Below are positions 15,125 to 23,794 of a DNA stretch of 35,495 nucleotides, in pieces. This stretch comes from a virus. Location: the IMG/VR virus record IMGVR_UViG_3300045988_157661, one strand, 5' to 3'. The translations under genes and the position numbers were made by a program. The notes below the pieces were generated by a model that saw only the letters and a list, made by a program, of their open reading frames with translations, ran no database searches and was not told the origin of the DNA. The stretch's first letter is position 1, and each line of letters starts with the position of its first letter.

Positions 15125-15286
15125 ATGAAGATAGTATTTTATATAATAATTTTTGTGATAGCATTTCTATTTACAGCTAATACACAAATCACATTCAAAC
15201 CATTTAGTATATCATTACCTTATTGGCATAAGCCCGTAGGTTTACTATTGGTAGTTATTGGAATATTTGTATTCGGTATTGGATAA
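15125..15286 (+). CDS. Small two-TM membrane peptide (53 aa), tentative
   Basis: Manual ORF MKIVFYIIIFVIAFLFTANTQITFKPFSISLPYWHKPVGLLLVVIGIFVFGIG. Starts 3 nt after the previous stop. Confidence 0.35.
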   Translation: MKIVFYIIIFVIAFLFTANTQITFKPFSISLPYWHKPVGLLLVVIGIFVFGIG

Positions 15287-15376
15287 AGCATATCGGAGTA
15301 CAAAAGAGGATATTTAAATGGGCATACCTAAAGTTACATGAAAAGTAAACTAAGACAATTAAAAACAACAAGAAAT

Positions 15377-15940
15377 ATGAAAAAGATTTTATTCAATGAT
15401 AAGTATGGGCTAACCAGAGCCGTACTTGAAAGGAGAAAGACTCAAACGAGGAGACTTGTTCCAAAAGATTTTTTCACCTTAGCTTGGGATGAAAGAGGAG
15501 ATACATTGGTATATGAGAATGAGGATGGGAATTTTATAGACATTCGGGATAGCAAGTACGCTATATTTAAGGTTGGAGAAATTGTAGCTATTGCACAGAG
15601 ATATTCTGAAATAGGAATAGAGCCTTTCCCATTTTGCGAAAATGGATGGCATAATAAGATGTTTGTTAAGCCGAACCTCATGCCCCACCACATTAAAATC
15701 ACCGACATCAAGGTTGAACGATTACAGGACATTAGCGCTGAAGATTGCCTCAAAGAGGGAATTTGGGAGGCAAATAATGTAGGGATGCAAGGCAAGACAT
15801 ATTGTTATTCAGGACTTGTTAACTCTAATTTCAGAACACCTATTGAAGCCTTTGCATCACTCATCGACAAAGTAAGTGGCAAAGGGACATGGGAATCCAA
15901 CCCGTATGTTTTTGTTTATGATTTTGAACTTGTTGATTAA
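15377..15940 (+). CDS. ASCH-like domain protein, putative
   Basis: From ATG 15377. MKKILFNDKYGLTRAVLERRKTQTRRLVP is the recalled N-terminal signature of phage ASCH-type proteins. Not verified. Confidence 0.4.
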   Translation: MKKILFNDKYGLTRAVLERRKTQTRRLVPKDFFTLAWDERGDTLVYENEDGNFIDIRDSKYAIFKVGEIVAIAQRYSEIGIEPFPFCENGWHNKMFVKPNLMPHHIKITDIKVERLQDISAEDCLKEGIWEANNVGMQGKTYCYSGLVNSNFRTPIEAFASLIDKVSGKGTWESNPYVFVYDFELVD

Positions 15941-15944
15941 AAAA

Positions 15945-16205
15945 ATGAAATGTCACTATATATACACAGAAAATGGCGAAAAGGTTCTTATCCCGGAATG
16001 CTGGCCGGTAGTCCTTTCGGGTGATATATCTCAATGTATTTGTCGAGATAAAAAAACATTCGCAGATTTCGAACGAGAACAATACAATGAAACAGTTAAA
16101 TCTCTTCGGCAGGAAATAAAGGACTTAGAACAAGAAAATGCCTATCTAAACAGAATAATTAAAAAACTTACAAAAAAGTTGAACTTATCGATTAAAAATA
16201 AATAG
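15945..16205 (+). CDS. Hypothetical Cys-motif plus coiled-coil protein
   Basis: From ATG 15945: MKCHYIYTENGEKVLIPECW...CICRDKK then a heptad-like LRQEIKDLEQENAYLNRIIKKL. Confidence 0.5.
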   Translation: MKCHYIYTENGEKVLIPECWPVVLSGDISQCICRDKKTFADFEREQYNETVKSLRQEIKDLEQENAYLNRIIKKLTKKLNLSIKNK

Positions 16206-16207
16206 AT

Positions 16208-16558
16208 ATGAAAGAACTTTATTTTATATCCGTTCTTGGAGGATTAAAAATCGGATCATTAATTATTATAGGATTAGCATGCTTAATAATATTTATTATA
16301 GTATTAAATATAAGTGTAGGAGATATTAATGATGAAATGGTTAAATATAAAAAGCCGGCTATATATATGCTTGCGATTGGGTTATTCATGAATATTATTA
16401 TTCCGTCAAAGAGTGATCTATTTATGATATATGGAATTGGAGGTACAATTGATTATATAAAGAGTAATGATAAATCAAGACAGATTCCGGATAAAGTTAT
16501 AAATGTGATTGATAAATGGCTTAGTGAATATGAACATAAAAATGATACAATAAAATGA
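16208..16558 (+). CDS. Membrane protein (two TM segments)
   Basis: 116 aa. Hydrophobic runs LGGLKIGSLIIIGLACLIIFIIVL and IYMLAIGLFMNIII. Confidence 0.55.
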   Translation: MKELYFISVLGGLKIGSLIIIGLACLIIFIIVLNISVGDINDEMVKYKKPAIYMLAIGLFMNIIIPSKSDLFMIYGIGGTIDYIKSNDKSRQIPDKVINVIDKWLSEYEHKNDTIK

Positions 16559-16776
16559 TAGCTTTAGTAAATGGAAAATGTGCTATAAACATAGATCATG
16601 TGGAAAGCATTGAATATGATAAAAATAATAGTAAATTGACATTCAATATGATTAACCATAATAAAATAGAGTTTGAAGGATGTTTGAATAACGATTTAAT
16701 TGATCTTGTTGACCGAATAAATATGGATATGAATGGAATCGGTGGAAGAAATAATAAAAAAAATACTAAAAGGTAA
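16555..16776 (+). CDS. Hypothetical protein
   Basis: 73-aa ORF with a 4-nt start/stop overlap with the upstream gene. Confidence 0.45.
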   Translation: MIALVNGKCAINIDHVESIEYDKNNSKLTFNMINHNKIEFEGCLNNDLIDLVDRINMDMNGIGGRNNKKNTKR

Positions 16777-16957
16777 AATTGCGAAATTGGTTATTGATGA
16801 TAAAGAATATTATATAGCTAAATGGAGACCTATATACAAGATATACCGCCCTAAATATGATATACTGTTTATAGAAATATCTGAAAAAGATATTGATAGT
16901 ATATCGAATATGATAGGGAAGATAGAAAATTTAAGGATAGAAATTTTAAATAACTAA
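16733..16957 (+). CDS. Hypothetical protein
   Basis: 74-aa ORF that overlaps the previous ORF by 44 nt in another frame. Confidence 0.4.
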   Translation: MESVEEIIKKILKGKIAKLVIDDKEYYIAKWRPIYKIYRPKYDILFIEISEKDIDSISNMIGKIENLRIEILNN

Positions 16958-16966
16958 CAATTTTAA

Positions 16967-16974
16967 TACATTTG
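16967..16974 (+). promoter_or_regulatory. Candidate -7 box TAcaTTTG, 4 nt upstream of ATG 16979
   Basis: Exact TAnnTTTG, but the -33 position reads TTTT rather than TTTG. Would imply a near-leaderless mRNA. Confidence 0.25.
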
Positions 16975-16978
16975 CGAT

Positions 16979-17278
16979 ATGGGATTAAAGATATTAAAAG
17001 GGAATATTACATTTGCAGATATTCCTGAAAGTAAATTAAGGCATTTTACAAGGAAAGACGGTACAGAAGATACCGGATTGGATATATCTATTATCCAAAG
17101 GAAAGAGCCCGATAAATTCGGGAACACTCATGCCATATATGTAACCCAGAAAAAAGAAGAATGGCTTAACAAAGAGCCTAAAATATTTATAGGGAATGCA
17201 AGACTGATGGATCTTGATGAACTTAGGGAGAAATATAATAAACAAAAGAACAGATATGAGGATGACACCCCATTTTAA
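16979..17278 (+). CDS. Small protein with an SSB-type acidic C-terminal tip (possible ssDNA-binding / SSB-mimic)
   Basis: 99 aa ending ...NRYEDDTPF-stop. Bacterial SSB ends DDDIPF and T7 gp2.5 ends in an acidic tail plus Phe. The body is beta-rich. Confidence 0.4.
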   Translation: MGLKILKGNITFADIPESKLRHFTRKDGTEDTGLDISIIQRKEPDKFGNTHAIYVTQKKEEWLNKEPKIFIGNARLMDLDELREKYNKQKNRYEDDTPF

Positions 17279-17289
17279 AAGATACTACT

Positions 17290-17712
17290 ATGGATATTGA
17301 AAAATTGGACAAAATTTTATGTTCGGCAAAATGTTCTTACGGTAATGTTAAGGCAAGGCATTGGACGGTTTCAGGCGATAAATTCATAACATTACACAAG
17401 GCTTTTGACAAAATAGCAGAAGTATTAAATGAATTGGCCGACAAATGCGCAGAGAGGATAATACAATACGACGAAATACCCTCTCATACTTTTGAACAGT
17501 TCATGGAGGAATCTATAATAAGTCAAGACCCGGTAATAAAGGATTGGGAATCTATGTGTCGAGATACCTCAAAAGAATTAAAAGACTTATACAATTACAT
17601 AGATAAATGCTTCAACTTGGGAGAATTTGATGAAACAACCAACAATATGTTGGCCACTTATACGGAAAAAATGGAGTTTTACCGTATGGAAATGGATAGA
17701 TTAATTAAATGA
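17290..17712 (+). CDS. Dps / ferritin-like protein
   Basis: 140 aa. VKARHWTVSGDKFITLHKAFDKIAEVLNELADKCAERI follows the Dps helix A/B pattern (HW-V-G--F--LH...D--AER). Confidence 0.7.
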   Translation: MDIEKLDKILCSAKCSYGNVKARHWTVSGDKFITLHKAFDKIAEVLNELADKCAERIIQYDEIPSHTFEQFMEESIISQDPVIKDWESMCRDTSKELKDLYNYIDKCFNLGEFDETTNNMLATYTEKMEFYRMEMDRLIK

Positions 17713-17812
17713 TTTGGTTGGTAAATAAATAATTTTTATTTTTGCATAGGATATAAGCCTATATATACGTTAGTTTTGTTTCCTCATGTGCGGTTTGTGA
17801 AAATAGCACATC

Positions 17813-18211
17813 TTAAACATTCTTTATATACACACCAATTAAAGCCTCAAGGAGTTGAGGCTTTCTTGTTTTATCCTTTTCTTCTATGTTTACATGAATG
17901 ATTTCAAATTGGATATATTCCTCTCCTTTGGGAACAATGTGTTTCTCTATTATATAAGCATATATATATCTGTCATTGATATTATACCGTTTTTGCAAAC
18001 AATCCTGAAATGGCTTTACGAAATTATCTATATCGCTTTGGGCATTTGAATATCCTACATGATAAATTATAAGCCAATCTTTAGGGGGGATCTCTATATC
18101 CGGCAACAAATTCAAGACTTTTGATTCATATATCTTATACTTCTGTGTCTTAAATCTCCTGCCCTGCCATGCCTCATTTACTGACAACGCTTTTATATTT
18201 ATTTTGTTCAT
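17813..18211 (-). CDS. rusA: RusA-family Holliday junction resolvase
   Basis: MNKINIKALSVNEAWQGRRFKTQKYKIYE...SDIDNFVKPFQDCLQKRYNINDRYIY matches the RusA pattern (S-N, D-DN--K---D-L, DD). Alternative ATGs at 18217 and 18256. Confidence 0.65.
   Translation of the reverse strand: MNKINIKALSVNEAWQGRRFKTQKYKIYESKVLNLLPDIEIPPKDWLIIYHVGYSNAQSDIDNFVKPFQDCLQKRYNINDRYIYAYIIEKHIVPKGEEYIQFEIIHVNIEEKDKTRKPQLLEALIGVYIKNV
17841..17864 (+). terminator. Hairpin (10-bp stem aaagcctcaa/ttgaggcttt, loop ggag) followed by cttgtttt. Likely terminator of the early arm.
   Basis: Exact complementarity read from the sequence. Lies in the convergence zone, inside the last codons of the rusA-like ORF. Confidence 0.5.
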
Positions 18212-18281
18212 AATCATAATATATAAAAATACCCCGAATTTCACAATTGGGGGCATCGTGCATTACTCGAAAAAATGAAAC

Positions 18282-18788
18282 TTAAAATCGTATGAAATTG
18301 TATGAAATACCTATACCTATAAAAGGGCTGAAATTCTTCCCATAAACATTATACCCATACCCGGCTTGAACACCAATACCAAATCTCTTCTCTCTCTCAA
18401 ATTTTTCTACATATTCAGTCCGGGTAATATTACGATATACTGTTTTGGGATAAACTTCTATCTTTTTCATTTTAACGTTATATCCTTCTGCATTGATGAA
18501 ATATAAGCTGTCCTTGAAAGTATAATCGTATATGGGTATATTTACAGGAATATATATCGTGTCCCTATGACTAACAGTGTCATGTATCATAGGAATATAT
18601 ATCGTGTCATAATGCGTAAATTCTTTTGTATTTTCAACTTTATCGGTATATGTAGCACTGTCTATCACGTAAGTAGTTATCGTGTCATTTTCGGGCTTAT
18701 TTTGGCTTTTAATGCGATTATTACTTACCGTATATCCAAAAATAAACCCTATACAGAAAAATGCGACTATTACCGGCAACGTTTTCAT
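18282..18788 (-). CDS. Lysis-cassette accessory protein: N-terminal membrane anchor, C-terminal OMP-like beta-strands (spanin-like role is a guess)
   Basis: 168 aa. MKTLPVIVAFFCIGFIFGYTV anchor; C-terminus FGIGVQAGYGYNVYGKNFSPFIGIGISYNFIRF ends in Phe. The 4-nt overlap with the endolysin stop suggests coupling. Confidence 0.4.
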   Translation of the reverse strand: MKTLPVIVAFFCIGFIFGYTVSNNRIKSQNKPENDTITTYVIDSATYTDKVENTKEFTHYDTIYIPMIHDTVSHRDTIYIPVNIPIYDYTFKDSLYFINAEGYNVKMKKIEVYPKTVYRNITRTEYVEKFEREKRFGIGVQAGYGYNVYGKNFSPFIGIGISYNFIRF

Positions 18789-19219
18789 ACTTTAAACAAA
18801 TAAACTTTCCCTTTGTTCATATCATACACATCTAAATGAAGCCATGATACATTGTCTTCTAATCTGATAGGATAAGGTAATAGAACTTGATTCTTTATAA
18901 TAAGATTCCTCGCTTCTTCCGCTGTCATCCCTTGTACAGTAGCATCAATAGCCTTTCCGAAATTATGTGCCGACATATATATTCTACCTATATCTGTTTT
19001 GCTTTTTACAAGTTGACAAATATTGCATCTTAACCCCCTTTGTGTGTATGATCCTCCTGCAGCCCAATTATTTATTACCATAGGCCGACATAATATCTTT
19101 TCCCTGACTATATCAAGAGTCTCTATTAACTTGTTATCTATGAACATCCATGATTGCTCTCCGAATTTATTATATATATCCGGGCAAACAAGTTCTTTTA
19201 TGTTGAAATATGTGCTCAT
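18785..19219 (-). CDS. Endolysin, peptidase M15A (zinc D-Ala-D-Ala carboxypeptidase-like)
   Basis: 144 aa. SAHNFGKAIDA (H-x6-D) and WLHLDV (H-x-D) are the metal-ligand motifs. Sits between the holin-like and anchor genes. Confidence 0.75.
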   Translation of the reverse strand: MSTYFNIKELVCPDIYNKFGEQSWMFIDNKLIETLDIVREKILCRPMVINNWAAGGSYTQRGLRCNICQLVKSKTDIGRIYMSAHNFGKAIDATVQGMTAEEARNLIIKNQVLLPYPIRLEDNVSWLHLDVYDMNKGKVYLFKV

Positions 19220-19698
19220 TTATCCTCTTTTTTATCTTTACGGTCATTAAACCTTTTAAATATAGGGTATTTCCTAATTATCTCAAAACTCAATACATAA
19301 TAGATGAAATTTATTGAGTTGTTATTAGGCATTAAAAGACTTAAATTTCGGAATATGTTTACGGCATAATAATATATTATAACAAACATTACTCCTGAAG
19401 CACATTGTATCGCCCCATCCGATTTATGAGTAAATTTACCCACAGCGTAAATGCTCGTTATAATAATGAAATATACCATAATGTCTATCAAACACTTTCT
19501 GAACTTAGAGAACTTAAACTTTTCGTTATCAACTAATATGCTTGAAATCAAGCCTGCAAAGAAATCAAACAAGAATACAATAGTAAGTGCAAAAACATAA
19601 TCTGTTATAGGAGCGAAAAAAGAACATACCGCCGAAAACACTCCTACAAATAAAATTCTAATGTCATCAAAACCGTTCATATATCTTAAATTTATCAT
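19216..19698 (-). CDS. Holin (phage_holin_4-like), putative
   Basis: 160 aa with about 4 hydrophobic helices. LFDFFAGLISSIL...KFSKFRKCL motif and a charged C-terminal tail KRFNDRKDKKEDK. Immediately upstream of the endolysin. Confidence 0.55.
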   Translation of the reverse strand: MINLRYMNGFDDIRILFVGVFSAVCSFFAPITDYVFALTIVFLFDFFAGLISSILVDNEKFKFSKFRKCLIDIMVYFIIITSIYAVGKFTHKSDGAIQCASGVMFVIIYYYAVNIFRNLSLLMPNNNSINFIYYVLSFEIIRKYPIFKRFNDRKDKKEDK

Positions 19699-21470
19699 GG
19701 TAATCCTTCTATTGAATAATTGAATCCCCCAAGTGCTGTATTAGCGCATTTTGTAGTATTGTCTATGGATGCATAACTATTTGCATACGCATCTACCATA
19801 GCAGATCCATTAGGAGAATATATTACGTTATTGGTTACCCCAAAGCTGTTTTCTATGTATGTTATAAGTGGATTATCTCCTAATATATACATGTTTTGGA
19901 CAAACATACATCCATATATTACTTTCAACATAGGAGTAAGATATGAAGAGCTTGTATTGTTTAATTTAATAGTACCTGAACTTATATTTTTACATGAATA
20001 TACTAAATATACCGTCTCGTTATTTATGGAATCATACCCGTAATTATCTACCGATATATTAAAATCGGAAATGTTATTGGTTCTTTGAAAACCATTAATC
20101 CACTTCGTTGTGCTTACTGGGAATTGGCCAGAGATAGATATATCTACTTTGGACACATTATCACATGACATAAAAAATGTAATATACTTATTTGCTGGAA
20201 TCGTATTTATTTTTATGTTAGAGATGTTATTACATGAATCGAATATCCTAACATATGGGGCGTTGTTAGAAGATATAGATGGATTAGGGATAAATACGTT
20301 AGAGATATTATCACATTGTCTAAATATTGTCCCCGATTTCCCTGATTGAGGATTTGTGTAAGAAGTAGATATTAAATCTACTATGATATTCTCAATATTA
20401 TAGCTATTAGCGACGCATATAGTTGCTGTTTGTGTAGAAGTAATATTTTGTGGCAAACATAATATACAATTATATATTCCACTGAATCCTGATATTACAG
20501 AATGGGGATTAGTAGTTTCTCCACTTCGATAAATTGCATTTATTTTACCCCCATGTAGAGTAACTCCTCCTGATCCGGAATCTCTTGTTACAATCAAATT
20601 AGAAAGGACGCTGGAAGATAAAAAACCGTTTAAAATTACTCCCGGATCACAATATATATCTACTTTGTTACCCGAAGAAGTATTCCCTAAATTGTAGGAT
20701 TGTGTAATATTGTATTCTCCGGCAAGAATCCTTACTTTATATGATCCTCTCGAAAGTATGTTATTGAATACAATGCCAAATTGCGAAATGTTAGATATGG
20801 TATAATCAAAGAACATTCCGTTAACCTCATTGACATTAAGCTGATCCGTTCCGACAGCCCCATTGGCTATTCTATTTGAAGTAACGCAATAGTTGGCCAA
20901 TTGGTCAGTACCAACAGACCCCTCTGTCAATATATCTTCAGCATCTACTGGAGTTTCAAGCAAATCAAAAGTAAATGATTTAGGCATAGGATAATTCCAT
21001 CCGTATTGCTTCATTAATTCAGGTATAGTTAGGTTTGCCGGGACACTTAGTGTCAGCTTTGACCCGGAGAATGAAGTGGTTTGAAAAAAATAATCCCGGT
21101 AAGCGATATAATTACTACCGCCCTCATTTACTCTTTGGGTCTCGTTATACCCGACATATAAATTAAATGCAGCCCCTTGATTAATGGTAACGTCGTTACC
21201 ATTGTATCTGCATACAGCTATCTGATCCTGATCTACTATTGTAGAAGAACTTGTACCGTTGTAATATATCAAAAGAGCCCCTTTTGTTATCTGTATGGAT
21301 GTACCACTTACCGCAATACCGAATATTTTGAAAATCCCTGAATTAGTAGCTCCTGTTATACCCATTCCACCTCTGAATATCTCTGTATAAACATTAGCCC
21401 CATATTGGATATCTTCGGCATACATCCTGTTGCCTGAAGTAGTATCTACCTGCATTAACTGTGTCTTCAT
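19695..21470 (-). CDS. Tail fibre / receptor-binding protein with a beta-helix-like repeat region
   Basis: 591 aa, last structural gene before lysis. GSVGTDQLANY / GAVGTDQLNVN duplicated motif. Periodic CDNISNV, CNNISNI, CDNVSKV, NNISDF, CKNISSG rungs. Confidence 0.6.
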   Translation of the reverse strand: MKTQLMQVDTTSGNRMYAEDIQYGANVYTEIFRGGMGITGATNSGIFKIFGIAVSGTSIQITKGALLIYYNGTSSSTIVDQDQIAVCRYNGNDVTINQGAAFNLYVGYNETQRVNEGGSNYIAYRDYFFQTTSFSGSKLTLSVPANLTIPELMKQYGWNYPMPKSFTFDLLETPVDAEDILTEGSVGTDQLANYCVTSNRIANGAVGTDQLNVNEVNGMFFDYTISNISQFGIVFNNILSRGSYKVRILAGEYNITQSYNLGNTSSGNKVDIYCDPGVILNGFLSSSVLSNLIVTRDSGSGGVTLHGGKINAIYRSGETTNPHSVISGFSGIYNCILCLPQNITSTQTATICVANSYNIENIIVDLISTSYTNPQSGKSGTIFRQCDNISNVFIPNPSISSNNAPYVRIFDSCNNISNIKINTIPANKYITFFMSCDNVSKVDISISGQFPVSTTKWINGFQRTNNISDFNISVDNYGYDSINNETVYLVYSCKNISSGTIKLNNTSSSYLTPMLKVIYGCMFVQNMYILGDNPLITYIENSFGVTNNVIYSPNGSAMVDAYANSYASIDNTTKCANTALGGFNYSIEGLP

Positions 21471-21979
21471 ATTACTATAATTTTATAGTTTATTCCATAT
21501 AATAACAGAGCTCTTATAACCTTAAGGAAATAAGAATAATCCTCCGTGTTATTTTGAAGTTCCGGAGGAATGATTGTATTGACTACTTTAGATGTAGAGT
21601 GATTAGGCATATAAAACGCACTGGCAGAAGTCTGACTTAAAGAAGGCATGAATACCTGTGAACCGTCTGACTGACTTTGTGAATAAAAGAATTTACCGCC
21701 ACCATCATCCCCATATTGGATTACTATATTTGGGTATTTATCACCGAATATATCTGCTATCACTTTTTTTACGGCGTAATTCCCATACCCGCATCCCGCT
21801 ATTTTGTAATATTCTATCCTCTTTGAATTAAAAAGAGAAAATAAAATTTTTATAGGATAGAACATACATGATAGAAGAATATATAAATAATTCAATTTAT
21901 ATTCTGAATTTACCAAATAATTAGCCCTGAATCTTTGGTAAATAAATTTAGATATGTCGAAATCACGAAACCGCTTCAT
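21467..21979 (-). CDS. Baseplate/tail-fibre-associated protein, unknown
   Basis: 170-aa ORF coupled to both neighbours. Position equals P2 gpI / XkdU. Confidence 0.4.
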   Translation of the reverse strand: MKRFRDFDISKFIYQRFRANYLVNSEYKLNYLYILLSCMFYPIKILFSLFNSKRIEYYKIAGCGYGNYAVKKVIADIFGDKYPNIVIQYGDDGGGKFFYSQSQSDGSQVFMPSLSQTSASAFYMPNHSTSKVVNTIIPPELQNNTEDYSYFLKVIRALLLYGINYKIIVI

Positions 21980-22760
21980 AATTAAAATAGTTATGAGAAT
22001 TAGGCTTGAAATTGAAATACCCGGAGACCAATGATATTTTATTTGATGTTGATTTGGTTGAACTACCGGATGTCACTTTTACATTCCCAATATATACATT
22101 TATCACCCCGTCAACTTCCATTAATTGAGAAACTATATCATTGACATAATAATTATTCCCCAATATTACGTTTTGCTCTATTTCTACCAATTTGTTGGAT
22201 ATATTCTGTTTTAACTGATCCAAAGAAATAACAGAATCATAAGAAATAAGATTATCCGATTGATCTATTTCTATTACGTCCGCATCTTCTGATTTTATAT
22301 TTACCGGCAACCCAAAAGCCGTAAAATTATTAAAATAAGAAGAAAAAGACGATAATTGGTCAACTGTAAGCGGAATAAGATTGTTATTTGAGTCAGTGGT
22401 AGCTACATTCAGGGTAATAAAGTTATCTTGTATAGATACTGATGCCTGTTTTATAATCTGTTTTGATGGGTCTATTTGAGCATATCCCAACTGATGCAGG
22501 ACAGTGTCTATTTCTATCAAATCATCCCCCTCCTGATAGGCTTTGGCTATATCTACATAATAACTTTGATTCAATGTCCTATGATTCAATGCAGCGTCAG
22601 ATATTATAGATTCAGTATTTGACAATTCCATATTGATAATATCTACTACATCGCTCGCAAATGAAGCTATTCTATACCATAATGCACTTGCACTCTGATT
22701 AGCAAATCCAAAGAATGATTGGATATTGGAAATAATAACATTTTTATATTCGCCTGCCAT
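21963..22760 (-). CDS. Baseplate J-like protein, putative
   Basis: 265 aa. The C-terminal ...NDIVSQLMEVDGVINVYIGNVKV resembles the Baseplate_J C-terminus. Position is within the baseplate block. Confidence 0.4.
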   Translation of the reverse strand: MAGEYKNVIISNIQSFFGFANQSASALWYRIASFASDVVDIINMELSNTESIISDAALNHRTLNQSYYVDIAKAYQEGDDLIEIDTVLHQLGYAQIDPSKQIIKQASVSIQDNFITLNVATTDSNNNLIPLTVDQLSSFSSYFNNFTAFGLPVNIKSEDADVIEIDQSDNLISYDSVISLDQLKQNISNKLVEIEQNVILGNNYYVNDIVSQLMEVDGVINVYIGNVKVTSGSSTKSTSNKISLVSGYFNFKPNSHNYFNYEAVS

Positions 22761-22771
22761 ATCAAATAAAA

Positions 22772-23794
22772 TTATGAGGGTATAGACGTATCTGTAACTG
22801 TTATAGTCCCCTGTGTAGGATTATATTGTATGTCTTTCCGGACTATCTTATTGGATTGAGAGTCAAAGAAAGCAAATGTCAACTCCATGTTATCCCCTCC
22901 TTTCGAATGCAAATTGAAGATAAGACATTCGCTGTTATATCCGTTATTATCCTGCATAAGGTATCTTGAAGACTCGTTCATTGCGTTAATTAAAGAATCA
23001 TCGTAAGTTCCGAATAAGTCTTCCAACCATGTTGTCATCACTTCATAGCTATTCCCGGTTTCAAAAGTCAATATGTAGTTGTCCAATATATAAGTTCCGG
23101 AATATGAATTAGATACATGATTAAACGAAGTAATGTTTAAAGTACCACTACTTACAGTAAATGAGAATATATGTCTTAAAGGGACATCTTGTAATATTTC
23201 ATAAGAAAATCTTATAGATGTATTTTTTATTGCAGCTCTTACCGGTATAAAGTTATTTTGTGCATCTATAACATACAGATTCTTGTTAGCAATAGATGAT
23301 AGATTTTCATAGCTACCGAAATTGGTTGTCAGGAAACTCTGCATCTGTTCCTGTGTATATACTTGAAGGAAAGATGAGGGTAATAAATATGATAATGAAA
23401 GATCTACCATAGGATAGACTGTATTTACATAGTCTGAATCGGTCTCTGCATTCCGGGTTACTTTGCCGGAATATAAATACGTTCCGACATTCTCATTGAA
23501 TGAGAATGTCATATATGAATATTTTATTTCAGAACTGTCAACATATAACGAAACATTAAAATATTGTTGTTCAATCTTACAATAAAAATGAGTTTTATTT
23601 GTAAAATTGGTCGCAATATCACTGAAAGAAGTGCCAAACGAAGAGAAAACGCTTTTTATGCTGGTAGTATTTGTGCTATTACCATTCAGATACAGAAATA
23701 CGAATAATCCCGTATAATTTTGAGACATGTTATTATTCGCATTGATTAACGTTGCGTCTATCTCGTCAAATGTAAGACTTAGTGTTTTAGCCAT
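22772..23794 (-). CDS. Baseplate-region structural protein with three related internal modules
   Basis: 340 aa. Recurrent FG[ST][SY] ... F-F ... GT[LI] modules at about residues 45-115, 150-225 and 245-335. Confidence 0.5.
   Translation of the reverse strand: MAKTLSLTFDEIDATLINANNNMSQNYTGLFVFLYLNGNSTNTTSIKSVFSSFGTSFSDIATNFTNKTHFYCKIEQQYFNVSLYVDSSEIKYSYMTFSFNENVGTYLYSGKVTRNAETDSDYVNTVYPMVDLSLSYLLPSSFLQVYTQEQMQSFLTTNFGSYENLSSIANKNLYVIDAQNNFIPVRAAIKNTSIRFSYEILQDVPLRHIFSFTVSSGTLNITSFNHVSNSYSGTYILDNYILTFETGNSYEVMTTWLEDLFGTYDDSLINAMNESSRYLMQDNNGYNSECLIFNLHSKGGDNMELTFAFFDSQSNKIVRKDIQYNPTQGTITVTDTSIPS

Noticed and set aside
16555-16957. Possible frameshift joining ORFs 16555..16776 and 16733..16957 at the A8 run near 16755
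   Set aside because: The downstream ORF is in the +1 frame and has its own ATG at 16733. No slippery pattern appropriate to that shift direction is present, so I treat them as two overlapping small genes.
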